Below, one piece after another: positions 31,441 to 41,902 of a stretch of DNA of 64,000 nucleotides. This DNA comes from an uncultured Actinomycetota bacterium (GTDB lineage: Bacteria; Actinomycetota; Actinomycetes; Mycobacteriales; CADCTP01). Numbering within the stretch: position 1 is the stretch's first letter; every line of letters begins with the position of its first letter. The notes under the pieces are model-generated. The model saw only the letters and a list, made by a program, of their open reading frames with translations. It was not told where the DNA came from and ran no database searches. The DNA lies in contig CAVYOJ010000002.1 in the NCBI GenBank assembly GCA_963770145.1, positions 794,326 to 858,325 on the forward strand, read 5' to 3'. A program made the translations under genes and the position numbers.

Positions 31441-32782
31441 TCAGCCCGAGGCGTTGGGCCGGAGACGGCCTTGGCGCCGCGGGCGGCGGCGTCGCTCGGG
31501 TAGACGATCGAGAACGCGCGGTTGTGGTACTGCTCGATGAGCGCCTGGGCCAGCGTGTTCTGGTGGGTCTCGTCGAACTGGATGCCGGCCCACGGCATGA
31601 TCGTCTGCTCGCCCGGGATGTCGAGGCTGAGCAGCGCGCTGCGGACCCGCTGCTCGTCCAGCGTGCCGGCGTTGTTGACGGCCTGGGCCACGGTCATGAC
31701 CGCGGTGAACGCGGAGGCGGCGGCCTCGGTCATCGGGCTGTTGAAGCGGCGCTGGTAGAGCGCGGTCACGGCCTGGGCGGCCGGGTTGCGCTGGGCCGCC
31801 TCGATCGACCACGAGGTCGAGCGCATCAGCCCGTCCACCGCCGCGGCGGCCGGGTCGAACGTCTGCGCGGTGACGTAGCCGAGCGAGAACGACATCGCCG
31901 CCTTGGGCTTCAGGCCGCTGCCGGCGACCGCCTGCAGCAGCGGCTGCACGCTCGCCGGCGGAGGAGTAGAGCAGCAGCGTGTCCGGGTTGTACGCGCGGA
32001 CGCTGGCCAGCGCGGCCGCAGCGTTCGAGCCGCTCGGGTCGAAGCCGAACGGCCTGCGGCTTGGGCAGGCCGCCCTCCTTGGCCAGTTCGGTGGTCGTGG
32101 TCAGCACGTCCTGGCCGGCCTTGTCCTGCGCGTACAGCACGGCGATCTTCCTGGTGCTGATCTTGCTGCTGGCGCAGCAGCGAGAAGAACGCCTGGCCGG
32201 CCTGCCGCCAGGTCGGGCCGATCCGGAAGAACCAGTCCCGGCCGGCGTCGGTGAGGAACGTGGCCGGGCTGTCGGCGTTGACGAACGGCACCTCGAACCG
32301 CTCGGACCGCTGGCTGGCCGCCTCGGTGACCTCGGGGTCGTAGGCCCCGACGAGCGCGTTCACGCCCTGGTTGGACACCAGGTCGGTCACCGCGTCGCCG
32401 GCGGCCTTCTGGACGTCGCCCGCGCTCGCTGGGCGTCCTTCTGGCTTCTGGGCGTCCGGCCTCGGCGGCGTGGCGTCACGTCCTTCACCACCAGGCTGAC
32501 CTTGGCGCCGCCGAGGTTGGGCAGGCCTGCGTCGGAGGCCAGCGGCAGCGGGATCGACGGGTTGAGCCCGTTGATCACGTCGACCGCGAGCTTGGCGCCG
32601 TTCTGCGCCTCGGTGCCGGCCGCCTTGCTCGGCCCGCTCAGCTGGGTCAGCAGCCCGATCTTCAGCGTCTGGTCGCCGCTGGCCGCGGACCCGGAGGAGT
32701 CGTCACCTCCGCCGGTGCAGGCGGTGGCGAGCGCGAGCGCAGGGACGATGAGCAGAGCGAGGCGGGATCGCCGGGTGATCAT
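31441..32782 (-). CDS. ABC transporter substrate-binding lipoprotein, LivJ/Peripla_BP_6-like (branched-chain amino acid type), orphan
   Basis: ATG 32782 follows the RBS GAGGAC; lipobox LALATAC. KIGLLTQLSGPSKAAGTEAQNGAKLAVDVIN, NALVGAYDPEVTEAASQRSERFEVPFVNADS and VLYAQDKAGQD. At least 5 +1 shifts (about 32440, 32410, 32150, 32050, 31965). The 3-prime end is uncertain (31347 or 31441). Confidence 0.7.
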
Positions 32783-33115
32783 CGAGCAGGTCCTCAACGG
32801 CGGGGGCGGGGAGGGCTCGCGGCACCCGCCCCCTGCGGGCACGCGAGACCCGGGCAGGCTACCTCGTCACGGGTGACACCGATCCATCGGCAACGTACGG
32901 TGACCGATCGGCAGCGCAGCGCTGATGCCCCCAACGGCGTTCACGGCGCGGTCGCCGGTGGCCCTATAGTGCCCGGGAAGTACTCGAAACTGCGTCGGCA
33001 CGTGGGAAGGTCGCGAGAGCTGGTGGAAAGACTACCCGCGGAGCACCCGGCCGCCTCGAGCCCGCCAGGGCGGGTCAGCGGCGAGCCGGAGGGTCACCCC
33101 GGCGGCGTCGGCACG

Positions 33116-36100
33116 ATGACGCTGCAGCGACCTCCGGAGCCGTCGCCTGACGACGTACCGGCCGGCGCCACGCGCGCGCCGGAGCCGCCCAGGAGCGCCC
33201 GGTCCCGCAGCAACCTGTCGCCGCGGAACTGGAAGGTGCGCACCAAGCTGGCCGCGGTGCTGCTGGTGCCGGCCATCGCGTTCCTCGTGATCGCCGGCAT
33301 CAACATGGCCAGCCAGATCGGCAACGCACGCGACTACGGCCGCAGTGCCAACGTGGCCGAGTTCGGCCGGCAGGCCGAGCACGCTGGTGCACGAGCTGCA
33401 GGCCGAGCGGGACATCGCCGCCGGCTGGGTCTCCGAGGGACGGCGGCCGGACAACTCGGCCCAGATCAAGGCCGCCAACGACGCCAACGACAAGATCGAC
33501 GAGTACAACTCGAACCTCAAGGACGGGCCAGCAGAAGAAGATCCGGTCGCGTCCCGCTCGCCAGCGACCTGATCGCGCTGCAGGCCCAGCAGCAGAACGT
33601 GGACGCCGCGCTGTCGGCGTACCAGTCCGCGGACGCGTCGCTCGGCGACGTCAGCTCCCGAGGCGCAGGCCGCGATCGACGCGGCCCGCACGCAGCTCGC
33701 CGGCCTGCCGCAGCTGCGGCAGGCGCTCAGCCGGCAGCTGCTCACCCAGGACGCGATCACCGGCAAGTACACGGCGATGATCACCGACCTGCTGAACATC
33801 AACCGGCAGATCGGCGTCGGCACCGACAGCACCGAGCTGAACAACGAGGTCGCCGGCCTCACCGCGCTCGGCGACCTGAAGGAGACGCTGTCCCAGGAGC
33901 GCGCGCTGCTCTACGGCGTCACCTCCAACGGCGGGCTGACCGCAGGCCGGCGACGCCCGACTCGGCGGCCAGTTCCAGTTCGGGCAGCAGGAGCAGTTCT
34001 CCTCGGCCCTCGCCGAGCGGCTGGCCGCGCTGCAGCGGTTCCGGTCCGCGGCCACCCCGGGCCAGGTCGGCGCGTACGACGCGCAGGTCAACGGCCAGGC
34101 CGTGCTGGCGGTCAAGCGGCTGGAAGACAGCATCACCGCCGACCAGAACGCGCAGCACGCTGACCGCGGACGCCGAGCAGTGGTATTCGGCGGCCACCAC
34201 GTACATGCAGGCGATCCGCGGGGTCGAGGCGGGCCTCCTGGACCAGGTCGTCGAGCACCACCCGGGACCTGCGCTCGGACGCGCAGCGGCAGGCGATCAC
34301 GACCGGTGTGATCATCGCGGCGATCCTCGTCATCGCGTTCCTGACCTCGCTGCTCATCGCCCGGTCGATGATCGGCCCGCTGCGGCGGCTGCAGGCCGGC
34401 GCCCGCGACGTCGCCGAGGTCAGGCTGCCGGAGGCGATCGCCCGGTTGCAGCGACCGGACGCACCGGCGGCACCGGACGAAGTCGAACCCATCGGGATCG
34501 ACTCCCGGGACGAGATCGGCGACGTCGCCAAGACCTTCGACGAGCTGCACCAGCGGGCGGTCGAGCTGGCGTCCGAGCAGGCCGGTCTGCGCCGCAACGT
34601 CAACGACATGTTCGTCAACCTGTCCCGCCGGTCGCAGGGCCTGGTCGAGCGCCAGCTCAAGCTGATCGACGAGCTGGAGACCGGCGAGCAGGACCCGGAC
34701 CAGCTGGCCAACCTGTTCAAGCTCGACCACCTCGCGACCCGTATGCGCCGCAACTCGGAAAACCTGCTGGTTCTCGCGGGTGAGGACGCGGGCCGCCGGT
34801 GGGGCCGGCCGATCCCGCTGGTCGACGTGCTGCGGGCGGCCACCTCCGAGGTGGAGCAATACCACCGCATCCAGCTGACCGGCGTGCCGGACGTCGAGGT
34901 GATGGGCCACGCGGTCAACCACCTCGTCCACCTGGTGGCCGAGCTGCTGGAGAACGCGACGGTGTTCTCCTCGCCCGAGTCCAAGGTGCTCGTGCACAGC
35001 CAGCGGCTGTCCGACGGCGGTGCCATGGTCGAGATCGAGGACCGCGGCATCGGCATGAGCCCGCACGAGATCTCCGACGCCAACGAGCGCCTCGCGCACC
35101 CGCCGGAGTTCGACGTCTCGGTGTCCCGGATGATGGGCCTGTACGTGGTCGGTCGGCTGGCCACCCGGCACGGCATCACCGTCCGGCTGCGCCAGTCCGA
35201 GACCGGCGGCGTCAGCGCGTTCGTGCGGATCCCGATCGACGTGCTGGCCAACCGGTTCGACCCGCGGGCCGAGGACACCGCCGGCGGCCCGCCCCCGGCG
35301 GTCGCCGCCCCCGACGGTCGACCCGTCCGTCCGGCCGCGCTGGCCATGCCGCCCGCGCCCGGCCCGCAGCAGGGGCCCGGCCCGCGGCCGCTCGGCCCCG
35401 GCCCGGCCACCGACCTGCCGCGGCGCCCGCTCGTCGGCCGTCCCGGCGGGCCGCCCGACCAGCCGGTCACGCCGGGCTCGTCGCCGCTGCCGCGGCGCAC
35501 CCCGGCCCAGGCCGCCGGTGGCGACGGCGCGAGCGCCGGTGGCGTCGAGGCCGTGCGGCCGGACAACTCGCTGCCGGTGAACGGTGCGATGCCCGCCAAC
35601 GGCGCCCCGCCCGCCCGGCCGGTGCTGCCCCCGGGCGGCAACGGTCCCGGTCGCCCCGGCGGTCCGGTCCCGCCCCGGCGACCAGCCGGTGCGGCCGCCG
35701 CTGCCGATGCGTGCCGGGCCCGACGCCGGCCCCGGTCCGCGGCCGGTCCCGCCGCTGGGCACTCCGCCCGGCCGGCCCGCGACGCCGGGCCTGCTCGACC
35801 AGCCGTACCCGCAGCCGGCCGGCACCGAGGAACGCACGCCGATCTTCGAGCAGCTGCAGTCGGAGTGGTTCCGGCAGCGGCCGGCGAGCCAGCGGCCGGA
35901 GCCGCGGGCGGGCGCGCCCGCCGCTGCCGGCCGGCAGCATCGGCGTCGCAGCCGGCCCCGGCGCCGGCTGCGAACGAGGAAGCCTGGGCGTCCCCGGCCG
36001 ACGAGGGCTGGCGGGCGGCCGAGCGGCTGCTGCAGCCGACCAGCGGTGGCACCACCCGGGCCGGGCTGCCGATGCGGGTGCCGCAGGCCCACCTCATGCC

Positions 36101-36296
36101 CGGCGGCGCCGAGTCGCCCTCGGCCGCGCCGCCCGAGCCGGTCCGCCCCGCGTACCGGTCCCCCGAGGCGGTGCGCAGCCGGCTGGCCAGCTACCACCAG
36201 GGAGTCCGCCGCGGCCGGCACGCTGACCGCGCGGAAGACGGCGACAACCGCGGCAACCCGTCCGAACTCGTCCAGCAATCCCAGGAGAAGTCGTGA
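33116..36296 (+). CDS. cvnA: conservon sensor kinase-like protein CvnA (NIT-like extracytoplasmic domain, HAMP, HATPase_c, Pro-rich tail)
   Basis: TM helix [18 protein letters not shown], second TM plus HAMP ([16 protein letters not shown]), then [55 protein letters not shown] and the C-terminal [12 protein letters not shown]...[12 protein letters not shown]. About 8 +1 shifts (33375, 33530, 33660, 33945, 34165, 34265, 35675, 35935). Confidence 0.8.
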
Positions 36297-36715
36297 CTAC
36301 GTTGAGCCCCGCCGCCCAGAACCTCAACTGGCTCGTCACCAATTTCGTCGACCGGGTGCCGGGGGTGGCGCACGCGGTCGTGGTGTCCGCGGACGGACTG
36401 CTGCTGGTCGCGTCCGAGGGCCTGCCGCGCGACCGGGCCGACCAGCTCGCCGCGGTGGCGTCCGGCCTGACCAGCCTCACCCAGGGCGCGGCCCGCTGCT
36501 TCGAGGCGGGCAACGTCGTGCAGACGGTGATCGAGATGGAGCGGGGCTTCCTGTTCCTCATGTCGATCAGCGACGGGTCGTGCCTCGCCGTCCTCGCGGC
36601 CACCAGCTGCGACGTCGGCCTGGTCGGCTACGAGATGGCCTTGCTCGTCGAGCGGACCGGTGACGTGCTCACGCCGGCGGTACGCAACGAGCTGCAGGCC
36701 GTCCTTCCTCGATGA
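36293..36715 (+). CDS. cvnB: roadblock/LC7 (MglB-like) domain protein CvnB
   Basis: GTG 36293 overlaps the cvnA stop (GTGA). [29 protein letters not shown]...[18 protein letters not shown]. Confidence 0.9.
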   Translation: MTTLSPAAQNLNWLVTNFVDRVPGVAHAVVVSADGLLLVASEGLPRDRADQLAAVASGLTSLTQGAARCFEAGNVVQTVIEMERGFLFLMSISDGSCLAVLAATSCDVGLVGYEMALLVERTGDVLTPAVRNELQAVLPR

Positions 36716-37102
36716 CGTCGACGCCTCCGAGAAAGCAGCCGCGGGGTGAGCACCTTCCAGCCGGAACAGGGTCCGCTGGTCCGGCCGTACGCGGTGACCG
36801 GTGGACGGACCCGGCCGGACTACGAGCTGGCCATCGAGGCCCTGGTGTCCACGACCAGGCTCGGCGACCGGAGCGCCGAGTCGACCGCGCCGGAACGACA
36901 GCAGATCTGCGACCTGTGCCGGCGCGCCCGGTCGGTCGCGGAGATCGCCGCGTACCTGCGGATGCCGCTCGGGGTGGCGCGCGTCCTGGTGGGTGACATG
37001 GCTCAGGAGGGGCTGGTGCGCGTGCACCAGGCGCAGGCCTCGACCGACCGACCTGATCTTGCGTTGATGCAGAGGGTGCTGAATGGACTTCGAAACCTCT
37101 AG
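36712..37102 (+). CDS. cvnC: DUF742 domain protein CvnC
   Basis: [26 protein letters not shown] plus a C-terminal wHTH ([23 protein letters not shown]). ATG 36712 overlaps the cvnB stop (ATGA) and joins the main frame (GTG 36746) if one G of the run near 36740 is an insertion. Otherwise the start is 36746. Confidence 0.85.
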
Positions 37103-37694
37103 GCAGACCGCCTACGTGGACTCCAGCGCGGCGACGACTTCCGCGAAGATCGTCATCGCCGGTGGGTTCGGCGTCGGTAAGACGACGCTGGTCGGCGCGG
37201 TCTCCGAGATCGAGCCGCTCACCACCGAGGCCGTCATGACCGAGGCGAGCGCCGGGGTCGACGACCTGTCGCACACGCCCAACAAGATCACCACCACGGT
37301 CGCGATGGACTTCGGCCGGGTGTCGCTGGACAGCGACCTGATCCTCTACCTGTTCGGCACGCCCGGGCAGCACCGGTTCTGGTTCATGTGGGACGACCTG
37401 GTGCGCGGCGCCATCGGCGCGGTCGTGCTGGTCGACACCAGGCGGCTGACCGACTGCTTCGCCGCGATCGACTTCTTCGAGGCCCGCCGGCTGCCGTTCA
37501 TCGTCGCGGTGAACCGGTTCGACGGGATCCTCACCCACTCGATCGAGGACGTCCGGGAGGCGCTGGCGGTCGGCGGGGCCACGCCGGTCATCCAGACCGA
37601 CGCGCGCAGCCGGGAATCGACCAAGCAGACGCTGATCACGCTCGTCGAGCACGCGATGCGGCGGACCCAGGAGGAGCTGACCGCGCGCCGCTGA
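37083..37694 (+). CDS. cvnD: small Ras/MglA-like GTP-binding protein CvnD
   Basis: P-loop [10 protein letters not shown]3 motif LFGTPGQ, and NRFD (NKxD-like). Intact 203 aa. Confidence 0.9.
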   Translation: MDFETSRQTAYVDSSAATTSAKIVIAGGFGVGKTTLVGAVSEIEPLTTEAVMTEASAGVDDLSHTPNKITTTVAMDFGRVSLDSDLILYLFGTPGQHRFWFMWDDLVRGAIGAVVLVDTRRLTDCFAAIDFFEARRLPFIVAVNRFDGILTHSIEDVREALAVGGATPVIQTDARSRESTKQTLITLVEHAMRRTQEELTARR

Positions 37695-37701
37695 TCCGGC
37701 C

Positions 37702-38716
37702 TCAGCGGTCGATGTCGCCGACGACGAAGAAGAAGGAGGCGAGGACCGTGGTCAGGTCCTCGATCCGGGTCCCCGGCAGCGCCACCTTCAGCGCCTGCAC
37801 GTTGTTGAACGAGGCCGAGCGCAGCTTGAGCCGCCACGGGGTCCGCTCGCCCCGGGAGACCAGGTAGTAGCCGTTGATGCCGAGCGGGTTCTCGGTCCAC
37901 TCGTAGACGGCGCCCTCGGGCGCCTTCACCGTCTTCGGCAGCCGCACGTTCACCGGCCCGGACAGCCCGGGCAGCCGGTCCAGCACGGCGTCGGCCAGGT
38001 CGAGCGAGGCGTGCACCTGGTCGAGCACGCACTCGTACCGGGCCAGGGCGTCGCCGGCGGTCCTGGTCACCACCCGGACCGGCAGCTGCCCGTACGCCAG
38101 GTAGGGCTCGTCCCGGCGCAGGTCCACGTCGAGCCCGGAGGCGCGGGCCACCGGCCCGCTGACCCCGTACGCCTTGGCGTCGGCCAGGCTCAGCACCCCG
38201 CTGCCCGGCGCGACGCCGAGCTCGCGCCGGCAGGTCGGGGCGCAGGCCGTCGACGGCCCGGCGGACCCGGTCGGTCCAGCCGGCCGGCACGTCCTCCTTG
38301 AGCCCGCCGACCCGGTTGGCCATGTAGTGGATCCGGCCGCCGCTGGCCTCCTCCAGCACCGCCTGCAGCGGCTCCCGGGCGGCGAACGTGCCGGGCAGGA
38401 AGGCGAGGTGGTTGACCACCCGGTTGAGCTCGGCCAGCAGCGTGCGCAGCCAGACCGCCCGCTCCGGCACCTCCATGCCGAGCATCCGCTCGACCGCGAG
38501 CACGACACCGAGCTCGCTGCCGAACGCGGACAACCAGTCGTGCCGGTTGGCCAGCACGGTGATCTGCCGGTAGTCGCGCACCTCGAACAGCTTCTCGGCG
38601 CCGCGGTGCAGGAAGCCGATCCGCGGCTCGGCCGAGACCACGGTGTCCCCGTCGACGGTCAGCCGCACCTGCAGGACGCCGTGCGCGGACGGGTGCTGCG
38701 GGCCGAGCGGGAGCAC
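37702..38716 (-). CDS. orphan NuoD / [NiFe]-hydrogenase large-subunit-like protein (shortened)
   Basis: [29 protein letters not shown] and the C-terminal [16 protein letters not shown]...[12 protein letters not shown] match complex I subunit D. A +1 shift near 38230 joins ORFs 37346-38716 and 37702-38508. No other nuo genes occur in the window. Confidence 0.75.
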
Positions 38717-38806
38717 GACGTCGGCGCCGAGCTGGGCGGCGCCGGCCCCGGTCCCGACGATCAGCTCACGCAGTCGGAGCTCACCCGGTCACCCCGGTCA
38801 CTCCGC

Positions 38807-39139
38807 TCACCCGGAGAACGGCCAGGACTCCGCGGCCGGCTGCTGGCGCTGCTGGGCCATCGCCGAGCGGTACATCCGGTCGGCCGCGGTCTGCACCGCG
38901 CGCCCGGTGTCGACGCCGGTCTGGTCGGCCAGCGTGATCAGCGCGAACGCGACGTCGCCGAGCTGCACCTCCCAGTCCCGGGTGGGCCGGAACGGCCGCC
39001 GCCCGTGCTCGGTCGCCCGGATCACCTCGTCGGCCAGCGCGCCGACCCTGGCCTGCAGGTCGAGCAGCAGGGTCGCCGGCGTCGCGTGCAACCCGAGCCT
39101 GTCTGCGGTCTCCGCCACGTACTGCTGCAGCTCATGCAC
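38807..39139 (-). CDS. MazG-like nucleotide pyrophosphohydrolase domain protein
   Basis: 110-aa intact ORF. LQQYVAETADRLG...LLLDLQARVGALADEV...QLGDVAFALITLADQTGVD fits the all-alpha MazG-like pattern. Assignment is by pattern recall only. Confidence 0.6.
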   Translation of the reverse strand: MHELQQYVAETADRLGLHATPATLLLDLQARVGALADEVIRATEHGRRPFRPTRDWEVQLGDVAFALITLADQTGVDTGRAVQTAADRMYRSAMAQQRQQPAAESWPFSG

Positions 39140-39312
39140 GGCAGAAGAAACTAGCGCAGTCCGGCGGTCGGCGCGTTAACCTCCGAAGGCGCGCGCAGGG
39201 CGCCACCGGTCCGCGGGAAGGGCTCGACCCACCTGAGCACGGCCCGGAGCACGGCCCGTACCGCTCCTTTCGGCCCGACCTCGCGGACGGCGGGCGTACG
39301 AGAGGAGTCCGC

Positions 39313-40787
39313 GTGGCCACCATCAGCCTGCCGGCCGACCCGACCGTGGGGCACTTCCGCCGGCTCGCCCGCCGGCTGCAGCGCGCGGTCCGCGCCGGCG
39401 ACCCGGAGGCGACCGCGCTCGCCGCCCGGTACGGCTTCCCGGCCGGACCCGACTTCCCGCTCTCGGCCGCGCAGCTCGTGGTCGCCCGGGAGTGCGGCTT
39501 CAGCTCCTGGCCGGCGCTGCGCCGGCAGCTCGAGCTGCTCGCCGGCTACCGCCGCGACCCGGACGCGGTGCCGGCGGTCACCGACCCGGCCGACGACTTC
39601 TGCCGGCTCGCCTGCCTGGTCTACTCGGCCGAGGACGGCCCGGACCGGTGGGCGGCCGCGGCGGCGCTGCTGGCCGAGCAGCCGGACCTGCCGGCCCGGT
39701 CGGTGGCGGCGGCCGCGGCCGCCGGCGACCCGGCGGCGCTGGCCACCCACCTGGCCGACCCGGCCGCCGCCTCGGCGCCGACCGGCCCGTACGGCTGGGA
39801 GCCGCTGCTCTACCTCACGTACTCCCGGGTGCCGCAGGTCGACCCGCTGCGGGCGGCCGGCGCTGCTGCTGGACGCCGGCGCCGACCCGGACGCCGGCTA
39901 CGCCTGGCACGGGCTGACCCCGCCGTTCACCGCGCTGACCGGCTGCTTCGGCGAGGGCGAGCAGGGCCCGCGGCGGCAGCCCCGGCACCCGCGCTCGATC
40001 GAGCTGGCCCGGCTGCTGCTGGACGGCCGGCGCCGACCCCAACGACGGGCAGACCCTCTACAACCGGATGTTCGTCCCCGGCGACGACCACCTCGAGCTG
40101 CTGTTCGCGTACGGGCTCGGCCGGGAGAGGTCCGGCGTCTGGCGGGACCGGCTCGGCGGCGCGCTGGAGACGCCGGCCGAGATGCTGGCCCGGCCGCTGA
40201 CCTGGGCCGCCGCGCACGGCTTCACCGACCGGGTGCGGCTGCTGCTGCGGCACGGCGTCGACCCGGAGGCCCGCTCGCCCGAGGGGCGGGCGCTGCCGCT
40301 GGCCGCCGCGGCCGGGCACCGGGAGATCGTCGAGCTGCTGCTCGCGGCCGGGGCCGAGCCGGCCGAGCTGTCGCCGGTGGCCGGTCTGGTGGCCGCGGTG
40401 CTGGCCGGCGACGAGGCCGGCGTCGACCGGGCCGTGCTGCCGGCCGCGCTGGCCGGCCGGCCCGGGCTCGTCGCCGAGGCGGTCGAGGCCGGCGCCGACC
40501 CCGAGCTCGCGGTCCGGCTCGGCTTCGACGTGTCCGGCCGGCACGAGGGGCAGACCGCGCTGCACACCGCGGCCTGGAACGGCGACCTCGACCTGGTCCG
40601 CCGGCTGGTGTCGCTCGGCGCCGACCTGGACGCGCGGGACGGCCGGTTCGACGGTCGGCCGGTCGACTGGGCCGGCCACGCCCAGCACCCGGACGTGGTC
40701 AGCTTCCTGTCGGAGGCGTCGGCGGCGGCGGAGCGGGCGCGCGGCGGACCCGGGCCCGGGTCGCGGCCGGCGGGAACGGCACCGTGA
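39313..40787 (+). CDS. ankyrin repeat domain-containing protein
   Basis: GTG 39313 follows the RBS GAGAGGAG. Canonical ANK repeats occur, e.g. GQTALHTAAWNGDLDLVRRLVSLGADLDARD and LPLAAAAGHREIVELLLAAGAEP. +1 shifts near 39860 and 40030. Confidence 0.75.
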
Positions 40788-41746
40788 TCCCGACCCCCTG
40801 CACCAGCCAGCGGAACGCGCCAAGCCCGGACCGGTCGGTCAGCTCGGCCGCCTCGCCGGCCCGGGCCAGCGCCGCGCAGGTACCCCTCCGGATCGGTGCG
40901 GGCCCGGTGCACCGGCGGCCGGCGCGGGTCGACGCCGAGGGTGAGCAGCGCGGTCCGCTGGTCGTCGAGCCGGGTGTCGCCGGCGCCGGCGGCCCGGCCG
41001 GCGGCGGCGACCGAGTCCAGCGCGACGTGCGCGGTGAGGTTGGCGCGGCCGTCCGGTACCGGCGGGACCAGGGCGCCGGCCCGGTAGCCGGCCAGCGTCC
41101 CGCCGACCGGCCGGCCGGCCGCCTCGTGCCCGTAGTCGATCGCCACCGCGACCCCGCGGTCGATCCGGCCGACCGCGGCGGCCCAGGCGTGGTCGCGGGG
41201 GCGGCCGACCTCGGCCCGGTCGCCGAGCTCGGCCAGCGGCCACCAGCGGTCCAGCCAGGCGCGGTCGGCCGGGTCGGGCGGCGGGCCGGCGGACTCGGTG
41301 CCGTCGGCGTCGACCAGCACGAGGCGGGGGCCGTCCGGGGTCTGCTCGACCACGTCGAGCGGGACGTCGTCCAGCCACTCGTTGGCGACCAGCAGCCCGG
41401 TCACCGGTGGCAGGTCGGCGACGTCGCGGACGACGGTGACCCCGGGCCCGACCAGCGGCCCGACCTCGACCGCGAGCAGCCGCAGCCGGTCCCGGTACGG
41501 CCGGTCCGCGGCCGCCACCGCGGCCAGCAGCTCGCCCCGGCCGGCGCCGACGTCGACCAGGTCGAGCGGGTCGGGCCGGCCGAGCGCCGCGTCCACCCGG
41601 TCCAGCAGGGTGCCGATGGCCCCGGCGAACAGCGGCGAGGCGTGCACCGAGGTGCGGAAGTGGGCGGCCGGCGCCTCGCCGCGGGCGTAGAAGCCGCCCG
41701 GCCCGTACGCGGCGGCCGTCCACGCCTCCCGCCACCCCACGGCCAC
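40699..41746 (-). CDS. class I SAM-dependent methyltransferase, MidA/NDUFAF7 (DUF185) family
   Basis: WREAWTAAAYGPGGFYA, LDLVDVGAGRGELL, VANEWLDDVPLDVV and NLTAHVALD. A +1 shift near 40880 restores YLRALARAGEAAELTDRSGLGAFRWLVQGV. The predicted end overlaps the ankyrin gene by about 90 nt, so it is uncertain. Confidence 0.75.
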
Positions 41747-41902
41747 GCTCCGCAGCGTAGGGCGCGTCTCACGGCTGCGGTGGCGCCGCCAGCCGTGAGA
41801 CGCGCCCTGGACGGCCGGGGCGGCGGAGATCACAGGGCGGTTCCCGCGCGCGGGGATTTACCCTGACCGCGACCGGTACCCCACTCGAGGACTGGATCGC
41901 CC

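Noticed and set aside
37702-38716. NuoD-like gene as part of a respiratory complex I (nuo) operon.
   Set aside because: No flanking nuo genes occur on either side within the window. It is treated as an orphan paralogue (see findings).
39235-39258. Perfect 12-bp tandem duplication GAGCACGGCCCG x2, upstream of the ankyrin gene.
   Set aside because: It is too short and isolated to call a functional repeat. It could be a slippage product or part of a promoter, and nothing further supports it.
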